Under the pieces are notes generated by a model. It was not told the DNA's origin, searched no databases, and saw nothing but the letters and a program-made list of their open reading frames with translations. A DNA stretch of 64,000 bases from NCBI RefSeq assembly GCF_902713615.1, contig NC_052158.1, positions 36,757,729 to 36,821,728 of the forward strand, given 5' to 3'. Each line of letters starts with the position of its first letter. Position 1 is the first letter of the stretch. The translations under genes were made by a program, and so were the position numbers. Shown here piece after piece: positions 26,001 to 39,017 of the stretch. This stretch comes from Scyliorhinus canicula (lineage: Eukaryota).

Positions 26001-28103
26001 CTGTAGTATGTCGTTTACCAGTCAGACTGCCTCTGTCCAGTCTACCTTCTCCCTGTGGGCCCGTATCAAGATCAGCTCCCCACTATCCACCACCTTCAAT
26101 GTCTCCCAGACAACTGCGGCTGAAACTTCCCCCGTGTCATTGACCTCCAGATAATTCTGAATACATCTCCTCAACGGCCCGCACACCTCCTCGTCCACTG
26201 AAAGCCTCACGTCTATCCTCCAGTGCGGGTACGGATTACTGCCTTTACTAACCTGTACATCAACCCAGTGCAGGGCATTGTCTGAGACTGTGACCGCCGA
26301 GTACCCCGTGTCCACAACCCCCGCCAGTAGAGCCCTGCTCAAAATAAAGAAATCAATCTGGGAATACACTTTATGCACGTGTGAGTAGAAGGAGAACTAA
26401 TTTACTCTTGGCTGCCCAAATCTCCATGGGTCCACTCCACCCCCACCCCACCTGCTCCATGAATCCTTTTAGCCCCTTAGCCATTGCTGGCACCCTGCCC
26501 ATTTTTGAACTGAACCAGTCTAAACCATGGTCAATAACTGTACTGAAGTCCCCTCCCATGACCAGCTTATGCAAATCGAGTTCTGGTATCTTCCTCAGCA
26601 TCCTCTTTATAAACTCCACATCATCCCAGTTTGGCACGTATACATTTATTAGTACCACCTGCACCCCCTCCAATTTCCCACTGACCATAATGTACCGGCC
26701 TCCCCCATGCAAAACTATTCTTCCACACCACTCAATTGTTGATCACGATCGCGACTCCTCTGGTCTTCGCATCCAGTCCCGTGTGAAAAACCTGTCTAAC
26801 CCAACCTTTTCTTTACCGAATCTGATCAGCTACTCTAAGGTGCAAGACCTGCAGCATTACGACATCCGCCTTCAGTCCTCTCAAATGCGTGAACACATGT
26901 GCTCTCTTGACCGGCCCATTGAGCCCTCTTACATTCTAGGTGATCAGTCTAGTTGGGGGGGCTCATCGCTCCGCCCCGCCCTTCCCCAATCAGCCATCCC
27001 CTCTCTTGAGACAGTTGCCAACCCATGCCTCCACTGGCCCGCCCCCAGGCAGCCTCCGCCCCTGACCTCTTCTCTGTCCCTCAGTAAAAGTCCCTACCTC
27101 ATCAGCAAAACATTCCCCCCTCCCCACAAAGTAACAGCACAAAATAAATCAACCCCTTTAATAAGCCTAACATCTGCTCACCCCCCCCCCACTACGCTGT
27201 AAGCTAGCCTGCCCAGCTACCTGGCCCCACACATTCTCCCACCTATTGTTCCCCTCCGCTCATACATACATATCCAAATGAAAAACAATCCCAACACAAT
27301 TGTCCGACAGATTTTTTTTAAATTCCAAGTTGAACACGAGAAAAAGATCAAGCAAAAGATCCAGCATTTGAACAAATACACCTCCATCACCAACAGTGCA
27401 AGTGCAAACTTTACCTCACTCAGCTCTGAAGCGGGCCTCAGACTCATACAGCAGGCTTTACAAATAACATTCGAAAAAAACAAGAAACAAGAAACTTTTT
27501 TTGAAAAACATAAACGCTACAGCAAAATTCAAAGTTCAAAGTTCTCAGTCCGACACCAGTCCTTTTCCTTTTCGCGAAGTCCAGCACTTCCTCAGTTGAG
27601 TTGAAACTGGAATTTTGCTCCTTGTATATGATCCAGAGGCGGGCCGGATACAACAGCCCAAACTTCACCCTTTTCTTGAACAGGGTTGACCTGATCTGGT
27701 TAACCCCACTCTTCTGGCCACCTCGGCACTCAGGTCTTGATAGATCCGCAGGTTACAGCAGTCCCGTTTGCAGCTCTGTGTCTGCTTGGCCCACCGTATC
27801 ACACACTCCTTATCCAGATAGAAGTCTTACAACACCAGGTTAAAGTCCAACAGGTTTGTTTCAAACACGAGCTTCAGGAGCCGTGCTCCGAAAGCTCGTG
27901 TTTGAAACAAACCTGTTGGACTTTAACCTGGTGTTGTAAGACTTCTTACTGTGCTCACCCCAGTCCAACGCCGGCATCTCCACATCATCCTTATCCAGAT
28001 AGCTGTGGATTCTCACCACCATTGCCCTCGGGAGTTTCCCATTTATGCTTCCTTGTGAGCGCTCTGTGAGCCTTTCCACCTCCAAGGGACTGTTGAAAGA
28101 GAC
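23022..28103 (-). mobile_element. L1-clade LINE (partial ORF1 + broken ORF2) inserted in an array unit
   Basis: T-rich tail at 23021-23045. ORF2 fragments are present, with ORF1 fragments KFGLLYPARLW and LEVER...PRAMVVRIHSYLDK. TSD AAAGGTGTCTT at 23011-23021 and 28104-28114. Confidence 0.9.
27821..27987. mobile_element. short Penelope-like terminal-repeat insertion forming a 54-bp perfect hairpin
   Basis: Arms 27821-27874 and 27892-27945 are exact reverse complements. The insert is flanked by the 15-bp TSD TCCTTATCCAGATAG (27807-27821, 27988-28002) within L1 ORF1. Confidence 0.85.
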
Positions 28104-28452
28104 AAAGGTGTCTTGACTGTCCCTTTCTTCTCCTAGAAATCTGTTTCTCAAAATGTTCCCCAACATTCACAAATCTGGAGCTTGATTTTTGTGTGTCGCT
28201 TCGTTTCCATTTTCTCCACTGCCAACTGGCTCTATTTTCCAAAACTTTGCTCACTCCTCCCCGTTGCATCATGACCAGCTGTCAGGAAATTTGTTTATAT
28301 GGAGCGACTATCGAGACCAAAATTATTTTCCGCGGGTAAAGAAGGTTCAGTGGGTATTTGGTTAAGACGTTTAAACATTTTTGGGCGAATCGCTGAAGAA
28401 GCTGATTGAGCAAATTGAGAGAGACTATTTTGATTTTGAAAAAGACAAGAAC

Positions 28453-28871
28453 TTCTGGCCTTTGCGTCCCTGGTAGCCCAGCGCAGGATTCTTTTACAGT
28501 GGAAAGATGCGAAGCCCCCAAGTGCGGAATCCTGGATCAACGACATGGCTGGGTTCATCAAACTGGAGAGGGTCAAGTTTGCCCTAAGGGGGTTGGTGCA
28601 AGGGTTCTTCCAGCGGTGGCAGCCGTTTCTAGACTTCCTGGTGGAGCATTAGGGGGTGGTCAACTTCAGCAGCAACTGGGGGGGGGGGGGGTGGGGGGAG
28701 GGTGTCAGGGGATTGCTTGCTCAATATGGGGGATGGGTGTGTGGTTTTATGGTTTCATGTTCATTCTTTATGTTAATTTATTACTGTTGTATTTGGGGGA
28801 GTTACTGGTTTTCTTTGTTTTGTGGGAGAACATTTGTTGAAAATTTGAATAATAATTATTTAAAACAAAAA
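28453..28871 (+). mobile_element. short 3' fragment of an L1-clade LINE
   Basis: ORF2 C-terminus (RILLQWKDA..P...SWINDMAGFIKLERVKF) and 3' UTR. TSD GAAAAAGACAAGAAC at 28438-28452 and 28872-28886. Confidence 0.9.
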
Positions 28872-28897
28872 GAAAAAGACAAGAACGGTAGCATGGT

Positions 28898-29247
28898 GGG
28901 GCAGCACGGTAGCATGGTGGTTAGCATAAATGCTTCACAGCTCCAGGGTCCCAGGTTCGATTCCCGGCTGGGTCACTGTCTGTGTGGAGTCTGCACATCC
29001 TCCCCGTGTGTGCGTGGGTTTCCTCCGGGTGCTCCGGTTTCCTCCCACAGTCCAAAGATGTGCGGGTTAGGTGGATTGGCCATGCTAAATTGCCCGTAGT
29101 GTCCTAATAGTAAGGTTAAGGGGGGGAGTTGTTGGGTTACGGGTATAGGGTGGATACATGGGTTTGAGTAGGGTGATCATTGCTCGGCACAACATCGAGG
29201 GCCGAAGGGCCTGTTCTGTGCTGTACTGTTCTATGTTCTATGTTCTA
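28898..29247 (+). mobile_element. full-length young V-SINE
   Basis: Head, V-domain and tail ending (TTCTATG)n. The first ~13 nt of the head region are duplicated at 28886-28898. Confidence 0.92.
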
Positions 29248-29432
29248 ACTGGAGGAGGACGATTTTAGGTAATAGTTAAATTATGAAGCCGGAGCATGGG
29301 AGGGGAGCAGAGGAGCAGAAACGGGCAGAAACATGCGCTCAGTTAAGAACCCGATGAAAAAAAAACAGAATTTTACACAGATGCACGTTTAATTTCTTAA
29401 TGCGTTCATTTGGAGAATACAAAACAAACCAA

Positions 29433-29503
29433 TCGCTGACTGACAGTCGAAGCGCTGTCGTTGCGACCACAACGTAGAGCACGAACCATTATACGATCAC
29501 TCT
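29433..29503 (-). pseudogene. highly degenerate tRNA-His pseudogene (last array remnant)
   Basis: GCGACCACAACGTAGAGCACGAACCATTATACGATCAC matches the His anticodon/D region, and the flanks match the array unit. Confidence 0.7.
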
Positions 29504-30035
29504 GTCACAGGTCAACCGTCGATGCCAGATGTACTTGGCAATTGCAGTCACCTCTCATTCGTCTATATTCCAATCTGCTCACCCTTCGCTCAAAAAGTAG
29601 TTTATTCCAGGCATCAGCCCGATCAACCTTCCGACAACTGACTTCAACGTCAATATGCTCCTCCTTAAGTAAGGAGGAGAAACCAGTATGCACTGCTCAG
29701 GTGTGGCATAAGCATTGCGCTCTACAGTTGTCCAAGTGGAACTGGGGTTCCAGCTTCCTCTCTCCCGCAGCCTTCTGCAGTCTCGCTGACTTTAAATTAT
29801 ATTCCGCTGCTCCATTCCACCTGGCAAAAAGGAGAAATCACTCAAAAATGCTTATCTGGGCCTGTTTCTTGTTTTCATGTTCAGACAGGGCTGACCGTTT
29901 TTTTGCCATGAACACTTTCTGCTATTATGCATTGAGCATCTGCTCACCAGCATTCTGTTAAGTTGCTTAAACTGCTTCTCTCCCTTTTGCAACAAAGTAA
30001 TCCCATCACATTCCTGCCTCTCCCCATTTGCAATA

Positions 30036-30140
30036 AGTCATATTGGAGTCGAAACACGAACCCTGTTTCTCTCTGAACCGGTGCTGCTAGGTATGCCGAG
30101 ATTTTCCAGAGTTTTGTTCTTATTTCAGATTTCCAGAACC
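30036..30140. mobile_element. remnant of a second Penelope-like terminal repeat family
   Basis: GTCATATTGGAGTCGAAAC...TGTTTCTCTCT...GATTTTCCAG...TTCAGATTTCCAG is related to inverted segments at ~700-900 of the array unit and at 15700-15850. The family call is inferred. Confidence 0.4.
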
Positions 30141-30707
30141 CAGAATTTACTTTTGCGTCGCACACCTCAGCTAGGTTAAAATATTCTCCAAATTTTATCA
30201 GCTCTGACCTTAACCAGTAACATCCACACCGGATACTTTATGAATATTTATTTTAAATAAAATGAGAAAGGCAGAGATGTCCCAGTTATTGTACTGATAG
30301 ATCCTTATCCTATTGAAGTTGGCTTTCCACCATTCCTACTCCACAATTGCTCTTTGTCCTTTCCATTTGTTGCAATCCCAGTTGGTGTTATAACTGTGGC
30401 AGATCCCAGAATGGAAACAGGCCTCAAAAGACCATAATTTTTAATGTTTTTACAAAACACGGAGGAACAGAGTTACAGGACCACTAATTACAACAAGAAA
30501 AAAAACATTTATTAAACATGAAAAAATTGGTTTATGATAACACTACATATTTAATTCCCTTTAGCTTAACAAGGCTGATTTAAAAATTAACATAGATTGC
30601 AATGTATATCGTAAGATACAACGGTTTCATTAAGCACTCAAGGTGACTGTGGGAAAATATATTCTCCATTCGGAACTCCAAGTGAATGTTTGGAGATGTC
30701 TCCTCAG

Positions 30708-31020
30708 AATAATAATAAAAATCTTTATTAGTGTCACAAGTAGGCTTACATTAATGCTGCAATGAAGTTACTGTGAAAATCCCCGAGTCGCCACACTCCA
30801 GCACCTGTTCAGGTCCAGTGAGGGATAATTCAGAATATCCAATGCACCGAACAAGCATGTCTTTCGGGACTTGTGGGAGGAAACCGGAGCACTTGGAGGA
30901 AACCCATGCAGACACGGGGAGAACATGCAGACTCTGCAGAGACAGTGACCCAAGCACAGAAATCAAACCCGGGTCCCTGGTGCTGTGAAGCGTCAGTGCT
31001 AACCACTGTGCTACTGAGCC
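30708..31020 (-). mobile_element. V-SINE, (ATT)n tail class
   Basis: Reverse copy of the family at 20808-21116. Confidence 0.85.
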
Positions 31021-31187
31021 GGTGTCCTTCCACCCCACCCCCATGCTCGGAACACTTTGATAATTCTTTCTTGAATTTTATGAACCATAGTTTCGTTACT
31101 GGTCACTTAAATGCAAACTTTTTGAACAGGTCTCTTCATTTCTCTCATTTCCTGAAATAGCTGAACTTAGCTTTCTGGCATCTGTTT

Positions 31188-31520
31188 TCTTTTTTTTAAA
31201 TAATTTTTATTAAGATTTTCACAAAATATAAACAACAAAACAATATTAACAAAACAACCATGGTAAATACCCAAGAACAACACCCACCCAACTACAAAAG
31301 CAACTGGAAAATAAAACAAACAACAAAAAGGAAAGAGATAACACCCGCCACATCCCACAAACCCATGTACACAGTTCTCCCTCCCACCGAACCAACCCCC
31401 CCGCCCCTCCCCCCCCCACCCCCACCCCCCACCCCCCCACCCTCCCCCCCCCCCCCCCCCACCCCCGGATTACTGCTGCTGCCGCCCTATTTCCCTACCG
31501 TTCCGCCAGGAAGTCCAGGA
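31188..31520 (-). mobile_element. L1 3' UTR fragment
   Basis: Poly-T and poly-C tracts plus the ORF2 end (GGACTTCCTGGCGGAACGGTAG on the minus strand). Similar to the 3' end of the L1 at 32290-37619. Confidence 0.8.
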
Positions 31521-31539
31521 AAGTTATATACAGTTCGAG

Positions 31540-34500
31540 CATAACATCACAGCTCAAAAGCTCTATGCCTCATCTAATAAAAGGTTTATATACCATATGC
31601 CTTCCTAACCACTGTATCCAGCTGCTCTACTACCTTAAGAGACAGGTATATATGCACACTAAAGTCCCTCTGATCCTCGCTGCTTCCCAGGGTGGTGCTG
31701 TTTATCATGTTTTCCCTTGCCTTTTTTGTCCTGCCCAAGTGCATCACCTCACACTTATCCGGATTGAATTCCATTGCCACTGATCAGCCTATCTGACCAG
31801 CAAACAACATCCAGCACTATTCTCATTACTTACTAACCCACCAATTGTTATATGATCCACAAACTTACTGATCAGCCCTCCTACATTCACGTCTAAATCA
31901 TTTATATAAACCACAAACAGCAAGGGCGCCAACACTGATTCCTGGGTGACCCCACTGAACACAGGCTGTCAGTCGGAAAAACACCACGAACATCACCTCT
32001 GCTTCCTGGCAATAATTCTGAATCCAATTTGCAAATTTCCATGGATCTCAGGGGCTCTCACCTTCCCCTTCAGCCTCCTATATGGGACTTGATGAAAAGC
32101 CATGTTGAAGTCAAAATAGACTACATCAAATGCATTTTCCTCATTTACACACATGGTCACCTCTTCAAAAACAATTAAATCAAGCTGGTCAGATGTGATC
32201 TCCCTGGAACAAAATTATGCCACATGTTCTGAAATAATCCCTGCCTCTCCAAATGCAGGTTAATTGTGTCTCTCAGAATTTCTTCTTCTACCCAGGCGGC
32301 CCAGGAGGTGTCCATTCGGGAGTTGCAGCAGCAGGCCGCTGAGCGGGAGGAGGAGGCTGTGGTCTTCGTGGGGAAAGTGGAATTGCACAAGGCACTTCAC
32401 AAAAAGTGGCAAGACCGCTTGGAGGAGCTGGACGTTCGCATGAGGCGAAAGAATTTGAGGATCCTGGGCCTGGCGGATGGGCTGGAGGGGTCGGATCATC
32501 CGTCTTATGTGCCCACGCTGTTGAGCTCGTTGATGGGAGCGGGGTCCTTCCATTTGCCCCTGGAGCTTGAGGGAGCTCACAGAGTGCTGGCCAGGAGCCC
32601 CAAGACAAATGAACCCCCGCAGGTGGTGCTGGTGCGGTTCCATCGATTCAGCGACCGGGAGTGTGTGCTGTGATGGGCCAAGAAAGAGAGGAGCAGCAAG
32701 TGGGAGAATTCGGTAGTGCGAATCTACCAGGACTGGAGTCTGGAGGTGGCTAAGCGGCGGGCCGGGTTCAACCGAACGAAGGCGGTGCTGCATGCCAGGC
32801 AGGTCAAATTTGGAATGTTGCAGCCTGCGCGTCTGTGGGTGACATATAAGGACCGGCGCCACTACTTCGAGGAGGCATGGGCCTTTGTACAGGCAGAGAA
32901 ACTGGACTCGAACTAGGGTTTGGGGGCACACTATAGTCGTTGCTGTTTTTGCTGTTGCTGTTTTGTAATTTTGAAATGTGTTTTCTATGCTGGGGGTTTT
33001 TTTTTTTGCTCTGTTTCCGGGTGGGTCTGTCTGTTGGATATGGTTTTGGGTTATGTGGGGAATGTTGGGGGTTTGTGTTTTTTACTTTCCCTTCTGTACG
33101 GGGCTGGGGGTTGGGGTGAAACTGGATTTTGGGGAGCTGCGTCAGAAGGGTGGGGTGTGGCAGTATGAAAGCGCGGGCTTTCCTCTGGTTTCCCGCGCTG
33201 TGGGGCAGTGGGGGTGGAGCTGGCGGTGGGGGCGTGGCCTCTATTGGGTTTTTTTCCCGCCCTGATGCGGTGCCAAGGAGGTATGGCAAGAGGGGGATGA
33301 ACCCATGCCGGGAGGGGACGTGTTTTGGCGGGAGCTGCCGGGGTCAGCAAAAGTCAGCTGACTCACGGAAGTACCATGAAGGGTGCGTCGCAGCTAGGAG
33401 GGGTCCTAGCCTGGGGGGGGGGGGGGGGATACCGGGTTGCTGCTGGAATGGCCAGGAAGGAGCTGGTGTGGGCCAGGGGGGGTAGAGGAGAGGCGTTATC
33501 GCCATGGGGAAAGGGTCGGACGTGGTGCGCTGGCCTGGGGCGAGCAGTCGATGAGCTATGGCTAGCCAGCGGGGGAGGGGGGCGGGTTGCCCTCTGATCC
33601 GGCTGATCACCTGGAACATGAGGGGGCTGAATGGCCAGTTAAGAGAACTAGGGTATTTTCTCATCTGAAGGGGCTGAAGGCGGACGTGGCTATGCTCCAG
33701 GAGACCCACTTGAAGGTGGCGGACCAGGTTCGTCTGAGGAAGGGGTGGGTGGGGCAGGTTTTTCACTCAGGATTGGATGCGAAGAACCGGGGGCTGGCGA
33801 TTCAGGTGGGGAAGAGGGTGGCATTCGAGGCGGCTGAGGTGGTGTCGGACAAGGAGGGCAGATATATTATGGTGAAGGGTAGGCTGCAAGGAGAGAAGGT
33901 GGGGCTGGTTAATGTATATGCCCCGAATTGGGATGATGCTGGCTTCATGAGGCGCTTGTTGGGCCGCATTCCGGACCTGGAGGCAGGGGGCCTGATCATG
34001 GGGGGAGACTTTAACACAGTGCTGGATCCCCCACTGGACCGGTCCAGTTCAAGGACGGGTAGGAGACCGGCAGCGGCCAAAGTGCTGAGAGGGTTTATGG
34101 ACCAGATGGGAGGGGTGGATCCCTGGAGGTTTGGGAGGCCGAGGGCGCGGGAGTATTCCTTTTTCTCTCATGTCCATAGGGTTTATTCCTGAATAGATTT
34201 TTTCGTCCTGAGCAGGGGATTGATCCCGAAGGTGCAGGATGCCGAGTATTCGGCCATAGCAATTTCAGACCATGCTCCGCACTGGGTTGATCTCGAGATG
34301 GGGGAGGCGCGGGACCATCGCCCGCTATGGCGCCTGGATGTGGGGATGCTGGCTGATGAGGAGGTGTGTAGGAGGGTCCGGGGAAGTATTGAGGGGTATC
34401 TTGATACCAACGACACGGGGGAGGTCCGGGTGGGGATGGTCTGGGAGGCTCTGAAAGCAGTGATCCGGGGGGAGCTGATCTCCATCCGGGCCCATAGGGA

Positions 34501-37500
34501 AAGGAGGGAGAGGGAGAGACTGGTGGTGGAGCTCCTGCTTGTGGATAGGAGGTACGCGGAGGCACCGGAGGAGGGGTTTCTGGGGGAACGGCGTAGTTTG
34601 CAGGCCAAGTTCGACTTGTTGACCACCAGAAAGGCGGAGACACAGTGGAGGAGGGCACAGGGCACGGTATATGAGTATGGGGAGAAGGCGAGCAGGATGT
34701 TGGCGCATCAGCTCCGTAGGCGAGATGCGGCTAGGGAAATTGGTGGACTGACGGATAAGGGTGGGAATGTAGTGCAGAAGGGGGCTGAGGTAAATGGGGT
34801 CTTTAGGGACTTCTACGAGGAACTGTACCGGTCGGAGCCTCCGATGGGTGCGGGGAATGAGAGCTTCATGAACAGACTATGTTTCCCAAAGGTCCAAGAG
34901 GAGCTGGTAGAGGGGCTGGGGGCTCCGATAGAGTTGGAGGAGCTAGTCAGGGGGATTGGCCAAATGCAGTCAGGTAAGGCGCCGGATGGGTTCCCGGTGA
35001 AATTTTATAAAAAGTATGCGGATCTGGTGGGTCCACTGTTGGTGTGAGCCTTCAATGTGGCATGGGTGGGGGGGGGCTTTGCCCCCGATTATGTCGCGGG
35101 CGCTGATCTCTCTGATCCTGAAACGGGATAAGGACCCCTTGCTGTGTGGATCATACAGGCCTATCTCGCTCCTCAATGTTGATGCTAAGTTGCTGGCGAA
35201 GATCCTGGCCACCAGGATAGAGGACTGTGTGCCAGGGGTGACACACGAAGATCAGACAGGATTTGTCAAGGGACGGCAGCTCAACACGAATGTGCGGAGA
35301 TTGCTAAATGCTATTATGATGCCGGCGGTGGAGGGGGAGGTGGAGATAGTGGTGGCACTGGATGCAGAGAAATCGTTTGATAGAGTAGAGTGGGGGTATA
35401 TGTGGGAGGTGCTGGAGCGGTTTGGATTCTGGGAGGGGTTCATCAAATGGGTGAGGTTGCTCTACGCGGCTCCGATGGCGAGTGTAGTTACCAATGGAAG
35501 GTGATCGGAGTACTTTAGGCTCTACCGTGGGACCAGGCAGGGGTGCTCCCTGTCACCCTTGCTCTTTGCATTGGCGATTGAACCTCTGGCTATGGTATGG
35601 AGGGAGTCAGGGAGGAGGAGGGGTCTGGTGCGGGGTGGGGAGGAACATCGGGTATCGCTGTATGCGGACAACCTGCTGTTGTATGTGGCGGACCCAGAAG
35701 GGGGAAAGCCGGGATGATGGAGCTGTTGGCGGAGTTTGGGGGCTTCTCGGGCTATAAGTTAAATTTAGGCAAGAGTGAGGTATTTGTAGTACACCCCGGT
35801 GATCAGGAGGAGGGAATTGGGAGGCTCCCATTTAAGAGGGCAGTGAAGAGTTTCAGATATCTGGAGGTGCAGGTGGCCAGGAGTTGGGGGACTCTGCATA
35901 AGCTTAATTTTACCAGGCTGGTGGAGCAGATGGAGGAGGAATTTAAAAGGTGGGACATGGTGCCGCTATCGTTGGCGGGTAGAGTGCAGTCCGTCAAAAT
36001 GATGGTTCTCCCGAGGTTCTTGTTCCTCTTTCAGTGTTTGCCCATCTTTATCCCTACGGCCTTTTTTAGAAGGGTGACTAGCAGCATCATGAGCTTTGTT
36101 TGGGCGCATGGGACCCCGAGGGTGAAGAGGGTCTTCTTGGAGTGGGGTAGAGATGGTGGGGGGCTGGCGTTACCCAATCTCTCGGGGTATTATTGGGCGG
36201 CCAATGTGTCGATGGTGCGCAAGTGGGTGATGGAGGGGGAGGGGGCAGCATGGAAACGGATGGAGAGGGAGATGGAGTCCTGTGGAGATACAAGCCTGGG
36301 GCCCTGGTAACGGTGCCATGGCCGCTCCCTCCTACGAGGTATACCACGAGTCCTGTGGTAGCGGCTACCCTCAAGATTTGGGGGCAGTGGAGGCGACATA
36401 GGGGAGAAGTGGGGGGCTCGATGGAGGCTCCGTTAAGGGGGAACCATCGGTTCGTCCTAGGGAACATTGATGGGGGATTCCAGGGTTGGCACAGAGCGGG
36501 CATCAGACAGCTGAGGGACCTGTTCATTGATGGGAGGTTTGCGAGCCTAGGGGAGTTGGAGGAGAAATTTGGGCTCCCCTCGGGAAACATGTTCAGATAT
36601 CTGCAGGTAAAGGCGTTTGCCAGGCGGCAGGTGGAGGGATTCCCTTCGCTTCCCGCGAGAGGGTTGAGCGACAGGGTGCTTTTGGGGGTCTGGGTCGGAG
36701 CGGGGAAGATATCTGATATCTACAAGGTAATGCAGGGGGTAGAGGAAGCGTCAGTAGAGGAGCTGTAAGCTAAGTGGGAGGAGGAACTGGGGGAACAGAT
36801 CGAAGACGGGACATGGGCTGGTACCCTGGAGAGGGTTAACTCTTCCTCCTCATGTGCGCGGCTTAGCCTCATCCAATTCAAGGTGCTGCACTGGGCCCAC
36901 ATGTCCGGGTCTAGGATGAGTAGGTTCTTTGGGGGCGAAGACAGGTGTGTCAGGTGTTCGGGGAGTCCAGCGAACCATGCCCATATGTTCTGGGCATGCC
37001 CTGCACTGGAGGAGTTCTGGAAGCGGGTGGCGAGGACGGTGTTGAGGGTGGTAAGATCCAGGGTCAAGCCAGGCTGGGGACTCGCGATTTTTGGGGTTGG
37101 GGTGGAGCCAGGAGTGCAGGAGGCGAAAGAGGCCGGTGTGCTGGACTTTGCGTCCCTAGTAGCCCGGCGGAGGATCTTGCTACAGTGGAAGGATGCGAGG
37201 CCCCCAAGCGTGGAGACCTGGATCAATGACATGGCCGGTTTTATTAAGCTAGAGAAGGTCAAATTCGCCCTGAGAGGATCGGTACAAGGGTTCTTTAGGC
37301 GGTGGCAACCTTTCCTCGACTTTCTGGCTCAACGATAGGGTACTGGGACAGCAGCAGCAGCAACCCGGGGGGGAGGGGGGGGGGAGGAAGAGAGGGGGGA
37401 AGGGGGGGGGATGATGACTATGATTGTTTATTTAATTTTAATTTATTTTTAAGTTCTCTTGTTGTTCACTGGGTTTGGTGGGGGGTGTGGGGGAGATGTG

Positions 37501-38880
37501 ATACATGCGTTGATACGGTCTTGGGGGTTTTACAGTTATTATGGGGTTATTTTGTTGCACTTCATTGTTTGTTGTCATATTTTCTGTAAAAACTTCCAAT
37601 AAAAATTAAAAAAAAAAAAAGAATTTCTTCTTCTGGTTTCCCCGCGACTGAGTTAGACTGACTGGCATCCAGTTTCCTGGTATATCCTTTCCTCCCTTCT
37701 GGATAATGGTACACATTGGCTGTTATCCAGTCCTCCGGCTCCTCTCTCGTGGCCAGATAGGAATTGAAAATTGTTGCCAGTGCCCCAGCTATTTCCTCCC
37801 TTGCCTCACTCAACAGCCTGGAATTCATTTCATCTGAATCTGAAGCTTGCTAGACGACTCAGCATCTGTTCTCTGTCTATGTTCATCACAGAGTCCCTAC
37901 AATGCAGAAAGAGGCCATTAGGCCCATCGGATCTGTGCAGGCCCTACAAAAGAGCACCCTACTGATGCCCAATTCCGGCTCTAGCTCTGCACCCTGCCGA
38001 ACCTTTGGACACTGAGGGGAAATTTAGCATGGCCAACCCACCTAACTTGAACACTTATTAACTGTGGGTGGAAACAGGAGCACACGGAGGAAACCCATGC
38101 AGATATGGGGGAGAAAGTTCAAACTCCACAGTCACCCAATGTTGGTATCAAACCCAGGTCCCTGGCACTGTGAGGGAGCAATGTTAACGAATGTGCTGCT
38201 TAAATCTCTTCAATTTTATCACAGTCCTTCTCCCTGATTTCTGTACCCACAGTCCCTCTCACGAGTGAATAGCGACAAATGCTACACATTTAGAAACCTC
38301 CAACAGCTCAACACACAAATTCTCACCGTGTTCCTTAATGGACCCTACTCTTTCCGTAGTTATCATTTTACCCTTATTATACTTGAAAAACAATGTAGGA
38401 TTTTCCTTCAATTTATCTGCCAGTATCATTTTATGTCCCCTTTTTGCTCTCCTAATTTTATTTTTAATTTCTTCCTTGCAAATTCTTTCCACCTCTTGGG
38501 CTTCTACTGTTTTGAGCACTCGATATCTGCCATAAGACTTCCACGTTGTCCTGACCAATGCTGTGTATCACTCGATATCCAGGGTTCACTGGATTTGGTG
38601 GTCCCCCGCTTTTTTGATTGGAACATGTTGGCCCTGTACTCTTCCTTATTTCCGTCTTGAATTAATCCCACTGTTCTCTCACAGATTTTCCTAAAAGTGT
38701 CTGCTCGCTGTCCACTCTGAACAATCTGATTCTCTTAAAATGTGTCTTTCCCCAGTTTAGAACTTTAATCCCAGGCCCACCCTTGCCCTTTTCCATAACA
38801 GTATTGAATCTAACGGAGTTATGATCATTGTCTGCAAAATGCTCACCCACTGACACTTCAACCACTTTCCAGGCTTTGTT
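31540..38880 (-). mobile_element. old CR1 ORF2 split by an L1 (32290-37619) and a SINE (~37885-38200)
   Basis: Minus-strand CR1 peptides (MEFNPDKCEVMHLGR, EAREEIAGALATIFN, KENPTLFFKY, DNDHNSVRF) are collinear across the insertions. Confidence 0.8.
32290..37619 (+). mobile_element. near full-length L1-clade LINE (5'-truncated ORF1, ORF2 with stops)
   Basis: ORF1 RRKNLRILGL...LELEGAHR...VLVRFHRF, a ~660-nt inter-ORF region, APE/RT fragments and poly-A. 15-bp TSD AGAATTTCTTCTTCT at 32275-32289 and 37620-37634. Confidence 0.95.
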
Positions 38881-39017
38881 AAATTCTTCCTACATGGGGT
38901 AATAAGGATATGGTGGATGATTGGGCTGAGGTTAGGGTGCTCTTTCAGAGGGTTGGTGCAGACCCGATGGGCTGGTTGGCTCCTTCTGCATTGTAGGGAT
39001 TCTATGACATTATAAAT

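Noticed and set aside
29500-30700. Apparently unique interval with a 166-aa ORF starting at 29461
   Set aside because: The ORF begins inside the His pseudogene on the opposite strand from a non-ATG start, and I recognise no domain or splice structure.
32260-37262. Many 100-220 aa minus-strand ORFs across the L1
   Set aside because: They are antisense shadows of GC-rich L1 coding sequence and have no independent motifs.
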